Origin: an uncultured Spirochaetia bacterium
GTDB taxonomy: Bacteria; Spirochaetota; Spirochaetia; CAKZLE01
Direction: 5' to 3'
Assembly (NCBI GenBank): GCA_937125225.1
Contig: CAKZLE010000004.1
Location: 14,557-78,556 of the forward strand
Length of the DNA: 64,000 bases
The notes beneath the pieces are model-generated. The model ran no database searches and was not told the origin of the DNA. It was given only the letters and a program-made list of their open reading frames with translations. Below are positions 28,925-39,233 of this stretch, in pieces. A program made the translations under genes and the position numbers. How positions within the stretch are numbered: position 1 is the stretch's first letter; each line of letters opens with the position of its first letter.

Positions 28925-29715
28925 ATGATCAAAGATCAGAGAATTTACGATTTCCCCTCTATCCCTCATTCACCCCTGATCCTCCACATCCCTCACTCGA
29001 GTAGGGAGATCCCTCCTTCCTATCGTGATGAGTTCTTGATTTCCGATGATGAGATCGAGGATGAACAGCTCCAACTTGTCGATCACTATACAGAAGAGCT
29101 TTTTAGTACACCAGATGAGGTTCAGGCTATATTCCCTGTCTCTCGATAGTCTGTGATCCTGAACGATTCTCTGAGGATTCAGCTGAACCCCTGACTGAAC
29201 ATGGGATGGGAGTGATCTATACGAAAACCCTTAAGGGTGGGTGCTTAAGGGAATACTTGACAGATGAAAAGAGGGCCCAGTTACTCAAGGAGTATTACTT
29301 CCCACATCACAAACTCTTAGAGGGACAGCTGCGTTCAGCTTTATCACGGTTCGGAAAGGCTCTCATCATAGACTGCCATAGTTTCCCCTCAAGACCTTTT
29401 CCCTATGAGCAGGACCAGCTTTCAAGGCGGCCAGACATCTGTATAGGAACTGATTCCTTTCACACCCCAAGGAGGCTCTCCACTGAAGTGATGAATTTTT
29501 TCAGGGATCTCGGATACACGGTCGCTAGAGATCTCCCTTTTTCTGGTAGTCTCGTTCCTCAGTGGTATTATCGACAAGAGCGAGGAGTGACCTCGATCAT
29601 GATCGAGGTGAATAGAGCTCTCTATATGGATGAGGTGACTGGATCGAAGAAGTCTTCATTCTATGAGGTAAGACGAGTCCTACAGAAACTGATCAGGCTT
29701 CTTGGTGAATCATGA
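28925..29715 (+). pseudogene. N-formylglutamate amidohydrolase family, frameshifted
   Basis: HIPHSS..., IDCHSFP, RPDICIG, MIEVNRALY. One base is missing at ~29147: CGA-TAG-TCT should read R-(L)-V-C-D-P-E-R-F. Confidence 0.85.
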
Positions 29716-29723
29716 CAGTTGTT

Positions 29724-30635
29724 TTAGGTTCTACAGAAAGATTGTTCATCAATATGGGAGAACACCTCTCTGAAGGGGCCTATGAAGGTTCTATCGTCAG
29801 ACCAATCAGCTATCGCAAAGACTACGTTGGAGAACAACCCACAATAGGGACCAGTAAGGGCTTCCTTGAAATCTTCAGCGGTAGTATATGGATTGTTCCA
29901 AAAGGCCCCACAACCCCAGGCTCCTAGTACTAGCTGTTGATAACCAAAGGCATGTGCGGTCTCCAAGATCCTGAGAATTCTTTTCTTCAGAAGGGGTCTT
30001 GCCCTCCTTTGACCTATAGAAGATGCTACAGGAGCTGCGCAGGTGAATATATCCATGAGCCAGGGCTCTTCTATACCTGTTCCATCGTCCTCACGGAAGA
30101 CCGGGACCTTTGGTGAATAGATGATCCAATCGGTTGAATCTGGCTCTTCTCGCTCTAGGTGGTATTCATACATAGGGTCATCGATCAAGGTTCTGTATAG
30201 GCCGCTCGAACGGCAGAGTACCTCTTCCTGTGCTCTTGCCCCATGTAAGAAGCCCCCACCAGGGCTGATCCCATTGGCAAAATTAAGTGCTACAGTCTTT
30301 TTTCCAGTCTTTAAAAGACGATATGCTGCCTGCATGGTCGTCTCATTATTGATCTCGATATGAGTATCACTGATATGAATATCATTAGGCTCAGGAAGTT
30401 CTGTAGTAGGAGGGATAGACCTTTTCTCTTCTAAAGCTTTCTCCATAGCGTCGGTGATAGAGATTTCATTCCCTGTATCAGAATAATATATTCCCTCTTG
30501 TGAGATATCCCATGCTGATAGTCCCAACTCCCTCGCATAGTTTCTTTTCAATTCAAGAGATCGCTTCATATCCTGAGCACATTGCGAATTATCATGTAAA
30601 GAGACTTGAAATCTAGTCATAGCTTTTTTATCCAT
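29724..30635 (-). CDS. TIGR02452 family protein (bacterial PARG-like macrodomain, DUF2263)
   Basis: LNFANGISPGGGFLHGARAQEEVLCRSS, TCAAP, LVLGAWGCGAF. Confidence 0.92.
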   Translation of the reverse strand: MDKKAMTRFQVSLHDNSQCAQDMKRSLELKRNYARELGLSAWDISQEGIYYSDTGNEISITDAMEKALEEKRSIPPTTELPEPNDIHISDTHIEINNETTMQAAYRLLKTGKKTVALNFANGISPGGGFLHGARAQEEVLCRSSGLYRTLIDDPMYEYHLEREEPDSTDWIIYSPKVPVFREDDGTGIEEPWLMDIFTCAAPVASSIGQRRARPLLKKRILRILETAHAFGYQQLVLGAWGCGAFWNNPYTTAEDFKEALTGPYCGLFSNVVFAIADWSDDRTFIGPFREVFSHIDEQSFCRT

Positions 30636-30892
30636 ATAAGAATCTCCTCTAGGTGTTGTTAGCTATTGTTTGATGAGTGAATATTGCAATTACACATTCT
30701 TTTACTGAGTATACCATGATTATTAAAGGAAAACATGAGAAAAATCGTTCAGTCTCAAACGAAGGATATTTGCTAAAAAAGAGGAGATCCTATTGCCTCT
30801 TCTACAGGAAAACCTTATCCGTCGGTATCTGTGTTAAAAAATAATCCATGAACTAAACCCTGATTGTACTCATTAAGCCTCGATCTTAGCTA

Positions 30893-33800
30893 TCAATCAG
30901 TTGATTGATTATGTAAGAGTCTATAGATCTTAGTGCCAAGGTCTTTTAATGAGAAAGGTTTCTGAATAAAGTGTGTTCCTTGTTCTAATACTCCATGAGG
31001 GGCTATCACATTATCTGTGTAGCCTGACATATAGAGTGTCTGAAGACTTGGACATATTTGTTGTATCTTTACTGATAGATCCCGACCGTTCATATCTGGC
31101 ATGATCACATCCGTCAAAAGGAGCGCTATGCTATCTTTTTGAGTTTCGGCAAAACTGATAGCTGCCGTAGGGGTCTCTGCTACGAGTACCTGATAGCCAA
31201 GACGTTCTAGGATAGATTGTACCATTTCCCGGATGATCTTCTCATCCTCAACGAGTAATATAGTTTGACCTTGTCCTTTGTATAATCCTTCTTGAGTTCT
31301 TGGTAGTTGTATATCAGTCTCTCCAACATATTTAGAGAAATAGATATTGATAGTGGTTCCTTTACCAATCACACTAGAGACGTTAATGAATCCTTTATTC
31401 TGTTTGACTATGCCATATACGGTTGCCATACCTAGACCAGTACCTTTTGCTCCCTTTTGAGAGAAGAATGGTTCAAAGATCTTATCTACAGTCTCCTCTT
31501 CCATACCACTTCCATTGTCACTGAATGAAAGCAAAACATAATCACCTTTCGCCAACTCTTTGTACTTACCACTATAATCCCTATCAACTGATATATTTTT
31601 TGTTTTGATGGTGATTCTTCCACTCTTTTCTATGGCATCTTTCGCATTGATACAGAGATTAACAAGTATCTGATTAAGTTGAGAGGGGTCAAATCTGATT
31701 ATACTTTTTAAAGAGGAAGGGAGCCATATCAGATCAATATCCTCTCCAATCAATTTCCGTAACATATTCAATGTATCCTCGATATTCTCATTTATATCAA
31801 GAACTCTTGCAACTATGGTCTGCTTTCGGGAGAAAGCGAGTAATTGTTGTGTAAGATCAGCTGAACGAGTTGCTGCTTTTAGGATCTCTCCTACATCCTC
31901 ATGAACAGGATTACTTGTATCTATCTTTTCTAGAATGAACTCAGCATACCCAATGATTACACCTAGCATATTATTGAAATCATGTGCTACTCCGCCTGCT
32001 AATCGACCTATTGCATCCATCTTCTGTGACTGTACTAGTTGTTCATGTAGTCTCTTATTCTCATCTTCTGCCTGTTTCTGCTCTGTCAGATCCCGGAACT
32101 CGACTACTCGTACTCTTTTGCCTTTATAGGGGATGTTTCTTGCTTCTAACCTTAGCGGGTATTGCTCTCCATTCTTGCGAATACCATATACTTCATACGA
32201 TTTTTCATAACCTAAAAGAATATTATTCAAGACTGACTTCCGATATTGTTCAGCAATCAATAACAGACCATCCATCCCTAACAGTTCAGTATAACTAAAC
32301 CCTGATATCTCGGAGAGCCCTTGGTTTGTCTCAAGTATGATTCCCTGATCGTGAATTGCAATACCGCCAAATGAGGCATTATGCAGTGCCTTGAATCTGT
32401 ATTCGCTTTGTTGTAGAGCTTCTTCGATCTTGACTCGCTTCGTTATATCTCGCGAAACACCCAATAGTGCGATGGGGTTATTTTGAGGATCCCTTATAAA
32501 ATTTGCTCTAATCGCATCCCAACCGATGGTTCCATCACTAAAGAATCGTTCTACTTCAAATTCAAAGATACGATTGTAATCTGGATTAGGGGTCTGCTCT
32601 CTTTCAAGCTCCTTAGATAGTATTTTCTTGAACTTTTCAATCGAAGATGGAGGATAAGTACTTGTTATGGGCAACTGGAGGAACTCTTCAGGTGTGATCC
32701 CAATGATTCGTTCGACGGATGGACTTATATATGTTGGTTTCAAATGTAGATCTGTGACCCAAACCACATCAGTGACATTATCTGCTATACGACGATATTT
32801 CTCCTCACTTACACGAATCCTTTCCTCAGCAAGAAGTTTTTCTGTATTATCGATGATGATCGTATAAAGGTATAGGGCCCTCTCAGTCTTTACCGGTCCG
32901 ATAAAGAGTTCCAGATCTCTGATAGCCCCTGATTTCAATCGATGCTTGACGTGTAATATCTCTGAATCTTTATTTTGGGCCTTTCTCAACAAAGCTAAAA
33001 CTTTATCATCTGGTTGAGTATCCAGATCTGTGATACTCATCTTACTGAGTTCCTGTTTACTATACCCATAGAATTCACAAGCTGCTTGATTTGCTTCTAT
33101 AAGAGTTCCCCGATTCGAAACATCTATAAGAAGCTTGATAGCCTTATTCTTCTCAAACATCTGCTGATACTTATCTGCTCCATCAATGATAGCTTTGTTC
33201 AAAAGGGTATATGGCTTTCGTAACCCAGTATAGATAAGTGCTTTATATACAAAATAGACTGAAAGCAGTTTTAAGAGGTGACCGAAAAGATTCGAGATCC
33301 CATACACACTGATATAGAAAGTGAACAGTAGTTCACTTACTATTGTAACGATGATCGACAGTACATAATACTTCAAAAGGACTGGATCTATATGATCACG
33401 TTTTATATAGACTAGATACAAAGAAGCAAGAAGGATGATACTGATTATATACTCACTTGTCTTCTTGAAACTAGTAAGACCAATTCCCTCAATGAAACAA
33501 GTAGGGAATATCTTATAAACAAAGATCATCAAGAAGATCACCGTTGTGATCAAGGTGTATCCTGCAAAGACTGATCTTGTTCGGACTCTTCTATGAAAAA
33601 GAAATGGGAATAGGAATAATGAGATGCTTTCCATATAACGAGCTGCAATCCATAGCTGGGTTGCAGGGTTCGCATCGTCTCCATTACTGATGATCATCAT
33701 TCCTCTATAAGCTATGGTATGAAAGAGGTCGATCATTCCAATGAACAGGTAGGCAATTGCTAAGAATATGATCGCTTTTTCCTGATTCTCATTTACGGTA

Positions 33801-33967
33801 TTTAGGAGAATGATGAATAGAGCCCACATGACAGCTATGGTTATGAGCTCCACAAAGGTATGAAAAAGGAGATAATTCACTTCACTTATACGAACACTAA
33901 TAAAAAGGATAGTGAGAGAAATCAATATGAATTTATTATACTTAAGTTTAAAAAATGTCTTGTTCAT
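30893..33967 (-). CDS. Hybrid sensor histidine kinase (MASE3-PAS x3-HisKA-HATPase-REC)
   Basis: FHTFVE and DLFHTIAYRGM MASE3; AHDFNNML H-box; NLCINAKDA, GTGLGM; VEDE...TDVIMP. Confidence 0.93.
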   Translation of the reverse strand: MNKTFFKLKYNKFILISLTILFISVRISEVNYLLFHTFVELITIAVMWALFIILLNTVNENQEKAIIFLAIAYLFIGMIDLFHTIAYRGMMIISNGDDANPATQLWIAARYMESISLFLFPFLFHRRVRTRSVFAGYTLITTVIFLMIFVYKIFPTCFIEGIGLTSFKKTSEYIISIILLASLYLVYIKRDHIDPVLLKYYVLSIIVTIVSELLFTFYISVYGISNLFGHLLKLLSVYFVYKALIYTGLRKPYTLLNKAIIDGADKYQQMFEKNKAIKLLIDVSNRGTLIEANQAACEFYGYSKQELSKMSITDLDTQPDDKVLALLRKAQNKDSEILHVKHRLKSGAIRDLELFIGPVKTERALYLYTIIIDNTEKLLAEERIRVSEEKYRRIADNVTDVVWVTDLHLKPTYISPSVERIIGITPEEFLQLPITSTYPPSSIEKFKKILSKELEREQTPNPDYNRIFEFEVERFFSDGTIGWDAIRANFIRDPQNNPIALLGVSRDITKRVKIEEALQQSEYRFKALHNASFGGIAIHDQGIILETNQGLSEISGFSYTELLGMDGLLLIAEQYRKSVLNNILLGYEKSYEVYGIRKNGEQYPLRLEARNIPYKGKRVRVVEFRDLTEQKQAEDENKRLHEQLVQSQKMDAIGRLAGGVAHDFNNMLGVIIGYAEFILEKIDTSNPVHEDVGEILKAATRSADLTQQLLAFSRKQTIVARVLDINENIEDTLNMLRKLIGEDIDLIWLPSSLKSIIRFDPSQLNQILVNLCINAKDAIEKSGRITIKTKNISVDRDYSGKYKELAKGDYVLLSFSDNGSGMEEETVDKIFEPFFSQKGAKGTGLGMATVYGIVKQNKGFINVSSVIGKGTTINIYFSKYVGETDIQLPRTQEGLYKGQGQTILLVEDEKIIREMVQSILERLGYQVLVAETPTAAISFAETQKDSIALLLTDVIMPDMNGRDLSVKIQQICPSLQTLYMSGYTDNVIAPHGVLEQGTHFIQKPFSLKDLGTKIYRLLHNQSTD

Positions 33968-34229
33968 TTCATGAGTATATCATTAATGAAATATATGTGA
34001 AGTATGATTATGGAAGAATCCTATGGAATCATAGTTTAGTGGAGAAGAATCAACACATTTTCAACAAGCAAATAAAGAATATCCTAAGGAGTATTGGATC
34101 ATTAGTCTCTTAGAATAGACTAGCTGAAAGAGCTATTCTGATTAATTTCTTTTTAGTATTAATTGGTTTTAGAGTAAACTAAGAGAGAGACTCTCCAACC
34201 TCCGATTTAGATATTCAAAAAAGGTGTTG

Positions 34230-35021
34230 CTAGTTATGATCCCCACAACCATAGAGAATCTTGGAGATCTCTGCAGCAGCATCATTGAGGGCAGGAAGAT
34301 ACTGTAAGAGCTCTTCTTGTTCCTTGATACCGATCAAACCGCTAAAGGAGAGGGCCGCTATGGCGGTACCTTTGCTGTCACGAATAGGGACACCAATACA
34401 ACTCCCGTTCTCTGCACTCTCTTTGTTATCTACTGCATAACCCTGCTTTGCAGCATTCCTCAATTCTTGCCAAAATTGTTCAACATCGGTAATTGTCCTT
34501 TTTGTGAGAGGAACTAGCTCTCGTGAATGAATGATGGTATCAGCAAGGTTTATGGGGAGTTCAGATAGAAGGATCTTCCCTCCGGCACAGGCATAAAAGG
34601 GGAGGTCTGAATAGAGTGGTGGGATATAATCTACCAGTTTCTTTGTTCTGGATTGCTGCATGATATAACAATGTGATCCTTCTCGAACTATGAGGTTCAT
34701 CGCATGATTGTATTTCTCAGTATATTTCTCCATCACGATCAAGGAAGCTTCCTGTAATGCAAGATAATGATTATCTTTTCCCAGAACAAAACTCAGTTTC
34801 TCACCTGAGATGTATTTCCCATCTCCCATCTGGTAGACCCAATCATTCACCTCTAGTGTCTTCAAGATCCTATGGGCTGTTGAAGGATTGATCTCGCATT
34901 GCTTTGCTATATCATTCACCCCAATACTTTCTTTAGAAAGCCGAAGGATATCAAGAACCTGTAGTGCTCTGTCTACCATTTTGATTATATCAGGGTTCTG
35001 TTCTACCTTTTTCTTATCCAT
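34230..35021 (-). CDS. IclR family transcriptional regulator
   Basis: VDRALQVL...STAHRILKTL HTH; ACAGGKILL, GYAVD, CIGVPI. Confidence 0.93.
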   Translation of the reverse strand: MDKKKVEQNPDIIKMVDRALQVLDILRLSKESIGVNDIAKQCEINPSTAHRILKTLEVNDWVYQMGDGKYISGEKLSFVLGKDNHYLALQEASLIVMEKYTEKYNHAMNLIVREGSHCYIMQQSRTKKLVDYIPPLYSDLPFYACAGGKILLSELPINLADTIIHSRELVPLTKRTITDVEQFWQELRNAAKQGYAVDNKESAENGSCIGVPIRDSKGTAIAALSFSGLIGIKEQEELLQYLPALNDAAAEISKILYGCGDHN

Positions 35022-35055
35022 CTTTTCTTCCTTATTTTATGCTCCAGGTAAATTA

Positions 35056-35399
35056 GGAATAACTATTTCAAATAGTATCATACTATATATTACGAAATTA
35101 AAGTATTTTTTTGTAGTTGTCAATACTGAATCAGTCATAAAACACTATATCATATTATTATGGAATAGATATTCCAAAAAAGTGCAATCGTCTATTCATA
35201 TAAAGAATAACAAGAAGTGTCATAACATCACTACTAAATTGGAACTATGGATTTATTAGTTATAAGATAATAAATTATGTCTTTTAATAGCCTTTAAGTG
35301 GTGATTCTGAGATTATTTCTATTTTCTAGAAAAACCTTTGATAGTTTTTGTTGACAACCATTCTAAACCATGGTTTACTAAAACAGGAATAGCTATTCC
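35056..35399. promoter_or_regulatory. Three copies of a 14-bp palindromic operator (likely IclR) plus dapA-like promoter
   Basis: GGAATAACTATTTC (35056), GGAATAGATATTCC (35162), GGAATAGCTATTCC (35386, perfect); TTGACA at 35351. Confidence 0.75.
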
Positions 35400-35435
35400 A
35401 AAAAATATACAACGAGCTGAGAAGGAGACTACATA

Positions 35436-36356
35436 ATGGGCAAAGGAAAAAAATTGGATGGGATCTATATCCCGATGGTAACTCCATTTAATAGAGATGA
35501 AACTATTAATTTCAATGGGATCAAAGAATGTACCGATTTCCTAATAGAGAATGGTGTGACAGGTGTCATCCCGTCTGGAAGTACTGGTGAGATGGTTGGA
35601 ATGACCCCAGCAGAACAGATGGCAGTCAACGCTGCTACCGTGAAAGCTGCAGATGGAAGGATCAAAGTCGTATGTTCGACTGGAGCGTATCGAACTAAAG
35701 ATGTCGTAGAGATGTCTAAGTCAGCAGAAGAGGCTGGGGCAGATGGGGTCATGGCTGTGACTCCATGGTATATGGCTCCTAATGAGAATGAGCTGTTGCT
35801 TCATTATGAAACCTTACGTAAGGCAATAGATATCCCTATCATGGTTTATCATAACCCCTACTATTCAACCTGTCTCATGTCTGATGAGTTCATGGCAAAA
35901 CTCTATAATGAGGGTTTTATCGATGCAGTAAAAGAGAGACAGGCGGACGTATTTCGACAACAGAATCTTCGTTATCTTACTGATGATGATTTCAGTATCT
36001 TCTATGGTTATGATGTTTGTCCTGTAGAGAGTCTCTCTTGCTGGGCAGATGGCTGGGTCTGTGGAACCGGTAACCTCTTTCCAAAGGAGAATACTGCAGT
36101 TTACCACCTAGCACATGAACGTAAGATGGAAGAGGCGATGAAAGCTCATTTCGAGAAGGTAAGACCTTACCTACCTCTCTTTACAAAGCCTACCGCAGAC
36201 GGTATGCCAACACCATGGCTTCAGATCATCAAGGAAGGTATGAAATTACGTGGTGTCGATGCTGGATTCTGTAGAAAACCGGTTATCTCTGAACTTCCTA
36301 CCGAGGTGATGGATACATTGAAGACCGTACTGAAAGAGTATGGGTATCTTGCATAA
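35436..36356 (+). CDS. DapA/N-acetylneuraminate lyase superfamily protein (probably catabolic rather than the housekeeping DapA)
   Basis: TPF, GSTGE, MVYHNP, AVKE Schiff-base Lys, GWVCGTGNLFP. Confidence 0.88.
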   Translation: MGKGKKLDGIYIPMVTPFNRDETINFNGIKECTDFLIENGVTGVIPSGSTGEMVGMTPAEQMAVNAATVKAADGRIKVVCSTGAYRTKDVVEMSKSAEEAGADGVMAVTPWYMAPNENELLLHYETLRKAIDIPIMVYHNPYYSTCLMSDEFMAKLYNEGFIDAVKERQADVFRQQNLRYLTDDDFSIFYGYDVCPVESLSCWADGWVCGTGNLFPKENTAVYHLAHERKMEEAMKAHFEKVRPYLPLFTKPTADGMPTPWLQIIKEGMKLRGVDAGFCRKPVISELPTEVMDTLKTVLKEYGYLA

Positions 36357-36369
36357 AAGGTAAGGAGTA

Positions 36370-37719
36370 ATGACCATGAAAGAGAGAAAGATAGATGTGC
36401 TTGTAGCCGGAGGTGGGACAGCCGGTATTATCGCAGGATTAGCTTCTGCAAGGAATGGTGCCAAGACTCTTATTGTTGAGAAACAGAGATGTCTTGGTGG
36501 ACAGTTCACGGTAGGTCTGCAAGGGGCCTGGGTTGGCTTCAGTGACAAACAGAAGGTCATCATCAAAGGAATCGCATGGGAACTGAGAAAGAACCTCTTA
36601 GCTCGTGATGCCATGGTTGAAGATGATCCTAATACAGATGTCTGCTTTCTCTATGATACGGAGATCGCCAAAGTCGTATTGGATGAGATGGTGGCACAAG
36701 AGCCGAATCTCAGTGTATATCTCGATACCACTATCGTTGATACGCTCACAGATGGTGATACGATAATCGGGCTTAAGGTGCTCTCCGAGTCAGATTTCAT
36801 GGAGATCCGAGCAGCGGTAGTCATTGACTGTTCAGGGGATGCGGTTGTAGCAGCAAAGGCAGGAGCGCCGTTTGAGATAAGACCAAAAAAAGACATTCAG
36901 CCAATGACTCTGATGGGGAAGATGTCTGGAGTCGATCTGGACAGGGTAAAAGAGTATTATAGGACCCATCCTCCCATCGTCGATCATCATGTACCTCCAG
37001 CTTGGCGAGAATTCAAGACCTTCCCCGGTTTTATGCATTTTGGACTACATGATGAACTTGAGCATGTAGACCTTCCAGAACATCTTGAATACCTCCGCTC
37101 CTGGTTGGGTATCTTTACCTCTACGCCGAATCCCGGAGAGGTGACGATTAACTGTTCTGGAGCGATCGAGGCCCACAGTACAGAGGGCTTCGAGTCGAAG
37201 GCGGAACAGGAGGCCTTCTCTCAAAAATGTCTGTATGATGTCTCAGAGGCTTTCAAGCGCTATGTTCCAGGTTTTGAGCATGCCTACCTTTCAACTATGG
37301 CAGCTCTTTTAGGGATCCGGGAGAGTCGACGGATCATCGGTGACTATAAAGTCACTCTTGAGGACTTTCTCGAAGCAAAGGAGTTTGAAGATAGTATTGG
37401 TCGTGGTGCGATGCCGGCTGGGGCTCACACCCCCGATGGTGTCACGATGAACGTCTATAATCTAGAACCTGGAAAATCAATGACAATCCCGTACCGGTGT
37501 ATGTTGCCAAAGGGTAAGGAGGGGCTTTTGGTAGCAGGTCGTTGCGTCTCTTACGAAGCTCCAGTCGCTAATTGTATTCGATGTATGCCTCAGTGCATGG
37601 CAATGGGAGAGGCTGCTGGTATTGCTGCATCGCTTGCAGTGAAGGAGGGTACAACACCACGGAATGTTGATATTCCTAAACTGCAATCGATATTGAAAGA
37701 TAATAACGCCATAATCTAG
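36370..37719 (+). CDS. FAD-dependent oxidoreductase (FAD_oxidored-type)
   Basis: VAGGGTAG, IDCSGDA, QPMT, GIRESRRIIG, IPYRCMLP, LLVAGRC, CMAMGEAAG. Confidence 0.9.
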   Translation: MTMKERKIDVLVAGGGTAGIIAGLASARNGAKTLIVEKQRCLGGQFTVGLQGAWVGFSDKQKVIIKGIAWELRKNLLARDAMVEDDPNTDVCFLYDTEIAKVVLDEMVAQEPNLSVYLDTTIVDTLTDGDTIIGLKVLSESDFMEIRAAVVIDCSGDAVVAAKAGAPFEIRPKKDIQPMTLMGKMSGVDLDRVKEYYRTHPPIVDHHVPPAWREFKTFPGFMHFGLHDELEHVDLPEHLEYLRSWLGIFTSTPNPGEVTINCSGAIEAHSTEGFESKAEQEAFSQKCLYDVSEAFKRYVPGFEHAYLSTMAALLGIRESRRIIGDYKVTLEDFLEAKEFEDSIGRGAMPAGAHTPDGVTMNVYNLEPGKSMTIPYRCMLPKGKEGLLVAGRCVSYEAPVANCIRCMPQCMAMGEAAGIAASLAVKEGTTPRNVDIPKLQSILKDNNAII

Positions 37720-37811
37720 GTATGTATAGGAGTGAACTGAAGATAGAAGATAACCCTTGATAGGGTTTAGATCGAAAGAGATCTGTCAGGTCTCAGTAAA
37801 AGGAGAAGAAT

Positions 37812-39158
37812 ATGTTTAAGAAAATGGTTGTTTTAGTACTGCTATTAGTAGTAGGGGCCATGGTCTTCGCTGGTGGTAACAGTGAGGATACCGTAGTTGA
37901 AGAGAAAGATACCAGCCAAAAGATCGTCATCTGGACGAACTTGACTGCCGATGCTCAAGCTGTAGTGCTGAGAAAGCAATTCACTGAGGTCGCACAAGAG
38001 ATGGATGTCGACTTTGAGATGGTCACTATCTCCTTCGGTGATATGTATACCAAACTCGCTACTGCTGTAGAGTCTGGAACGGTACCTGATATCATGCATA
38101 CGAATTTTTCTGGTACCGCCTATCTCTATTCTCAGGATATGCTCTCACCTATGGATGATGTCATAGCAGATCTTGGCAAAGATGACTTCATCGCATCTTA
38201 CCTTCATGTCCTCAACGCTGAAGGAAAGACCTGGGGACTTCCTGACTGGGCTCTGCATACCTCCGTATGGTATCGAAAGGACCTCTTTGAAAAGTACGAT
38301 ATCGATATCCCAACAGATTGGGATGAGTTCATGGCAGCTGCTGAGAAACTCACAATCGATAATGACGGCGACGGAAAGACCGATATCTATGGTTTTCCTG
38401 TAGCACTTAATGCTACTCATGTTGCAGCACAGACCTTCTATGAATTCCTCTATTCTGCAGGTGTCACTACCGTAGATCCAGAGACTGGTGAATATACATT
38501 CGGCTCACAGAAAGAGACTGCAGAAGAGGTTCTGGATTATATGATGGAACTCTACCACAATGTCTCACCAAAATCATCGATTGAATGGGCCTGGAGTGAA
38601 TACCGTAATGCACTTGTTGAAGGTACGGTTGCGATGACTCTCGATATGGGTGCTGTCATTTTGATGTCCCAGAGTAATAATCCCGAGATGTTAGAGAATC
38701 TTGGATGTTTCGATCTTCCCGGACCAGATGGACATAAAGCTGCATCCTTCGGTAGTGGATATGCCTTTGTTGCCAGTAACAGTGGCGACAGCGATCAGAT
38801 CAAGCTCAAGAAGGAATTCCTGACGAGACTTTACACCAAGGAAAGGGCAGCAGAAAGAGCTCTCTCTCGACCGATGTTCGCTTTCCCATCACTTTATTCA
38901 GCTGTCGCTACCTATAGAGATGATCCAAAGGTCGCACTCTTCGGAGAACAGATCGATACGATCACCGACGCATTCGAGAATAACAACTGGTACTGGTATG
39001 GTATGGAGAATGGATTAAGTCAGCTTTCCTCACAGATCGAATCAACCACATTCTTTGGTGAGACACTGCAGAGTGTTGCTCTGGGAATGGAGTCAACTGA
39101 GGATGCTATCGAATATATTGATCAACAGTTGCAGGAACAGGTTGCTCTGATACAATAA
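37812..39158 (+). CDS. Carbohydrate ABC transporter substrate-binding protein
   Basis: Spirochaete-type signal VFAGGNSE; PDI, WYRKDLFEK, PTDWDEF. Confidence 0.9.
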   Translation: MFKKMVVLVLLLVVGAMVFAGGNSEDTVVEEKDTSQKIVIWTNLTADAQAVVLRKQFTEVAQEMDVDFEMVTISFGDMYTKLATAVESGTVPDIMHTNFSGTAYLYSQDMLSPMDDVIADLGKDDFIASYLHVLNAEGKTWGLPDWALHTSVWYRKDLFEKYDIDIPTDWDEFMAAAEKLTIDNDGDGKTDIYGFPVALNATHVAAQTFYEFLYSAGVTTVDPETGEYTFGSQKETAEEVLDYMMELYHNVSPKSSIEWAWSEYRNALVEGTVAMTLDMGAVILMSQSNNPEMLENLGCFDLPGPDGHKAASFGSGYAFVASNSGDSDQIKLKKEFLTRLYTKERAAERALSRPMFAFPSLYSAVATYRDDPKVALFGEQIDTITDAFENNNWYWYGMENGLSQLSSQIESTTFFGETLQSVALGMESTEDAIEYIDQQLQEQVALIQ

Positions 39159-39179
39159 TAGTCAAGGCATCATGTTCAT

Positions 39180-39209
39180 GCCCAGGCTGAGGGCACCCTT
39201 AGCCTGGGC
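39180..39209 (+). terminator. Intra-operonic stem-loop after SBP gene
   Basis: GCCCAGGCTGAGGG-ca-CCCTTAGCCTGGGC; typical position for an mRNA-stabilising or attenuating hairpin. Confidence 0.65.
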
Positions 39210-39233
39210 TAGCTTTTAAGGAGATATAGGATA

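Noticed and set aside
29147..29149. Pyrrolysine or amber readthrough in the FGase gene
   Set aside because: The downstream half is in a different frame; this is a frameshift
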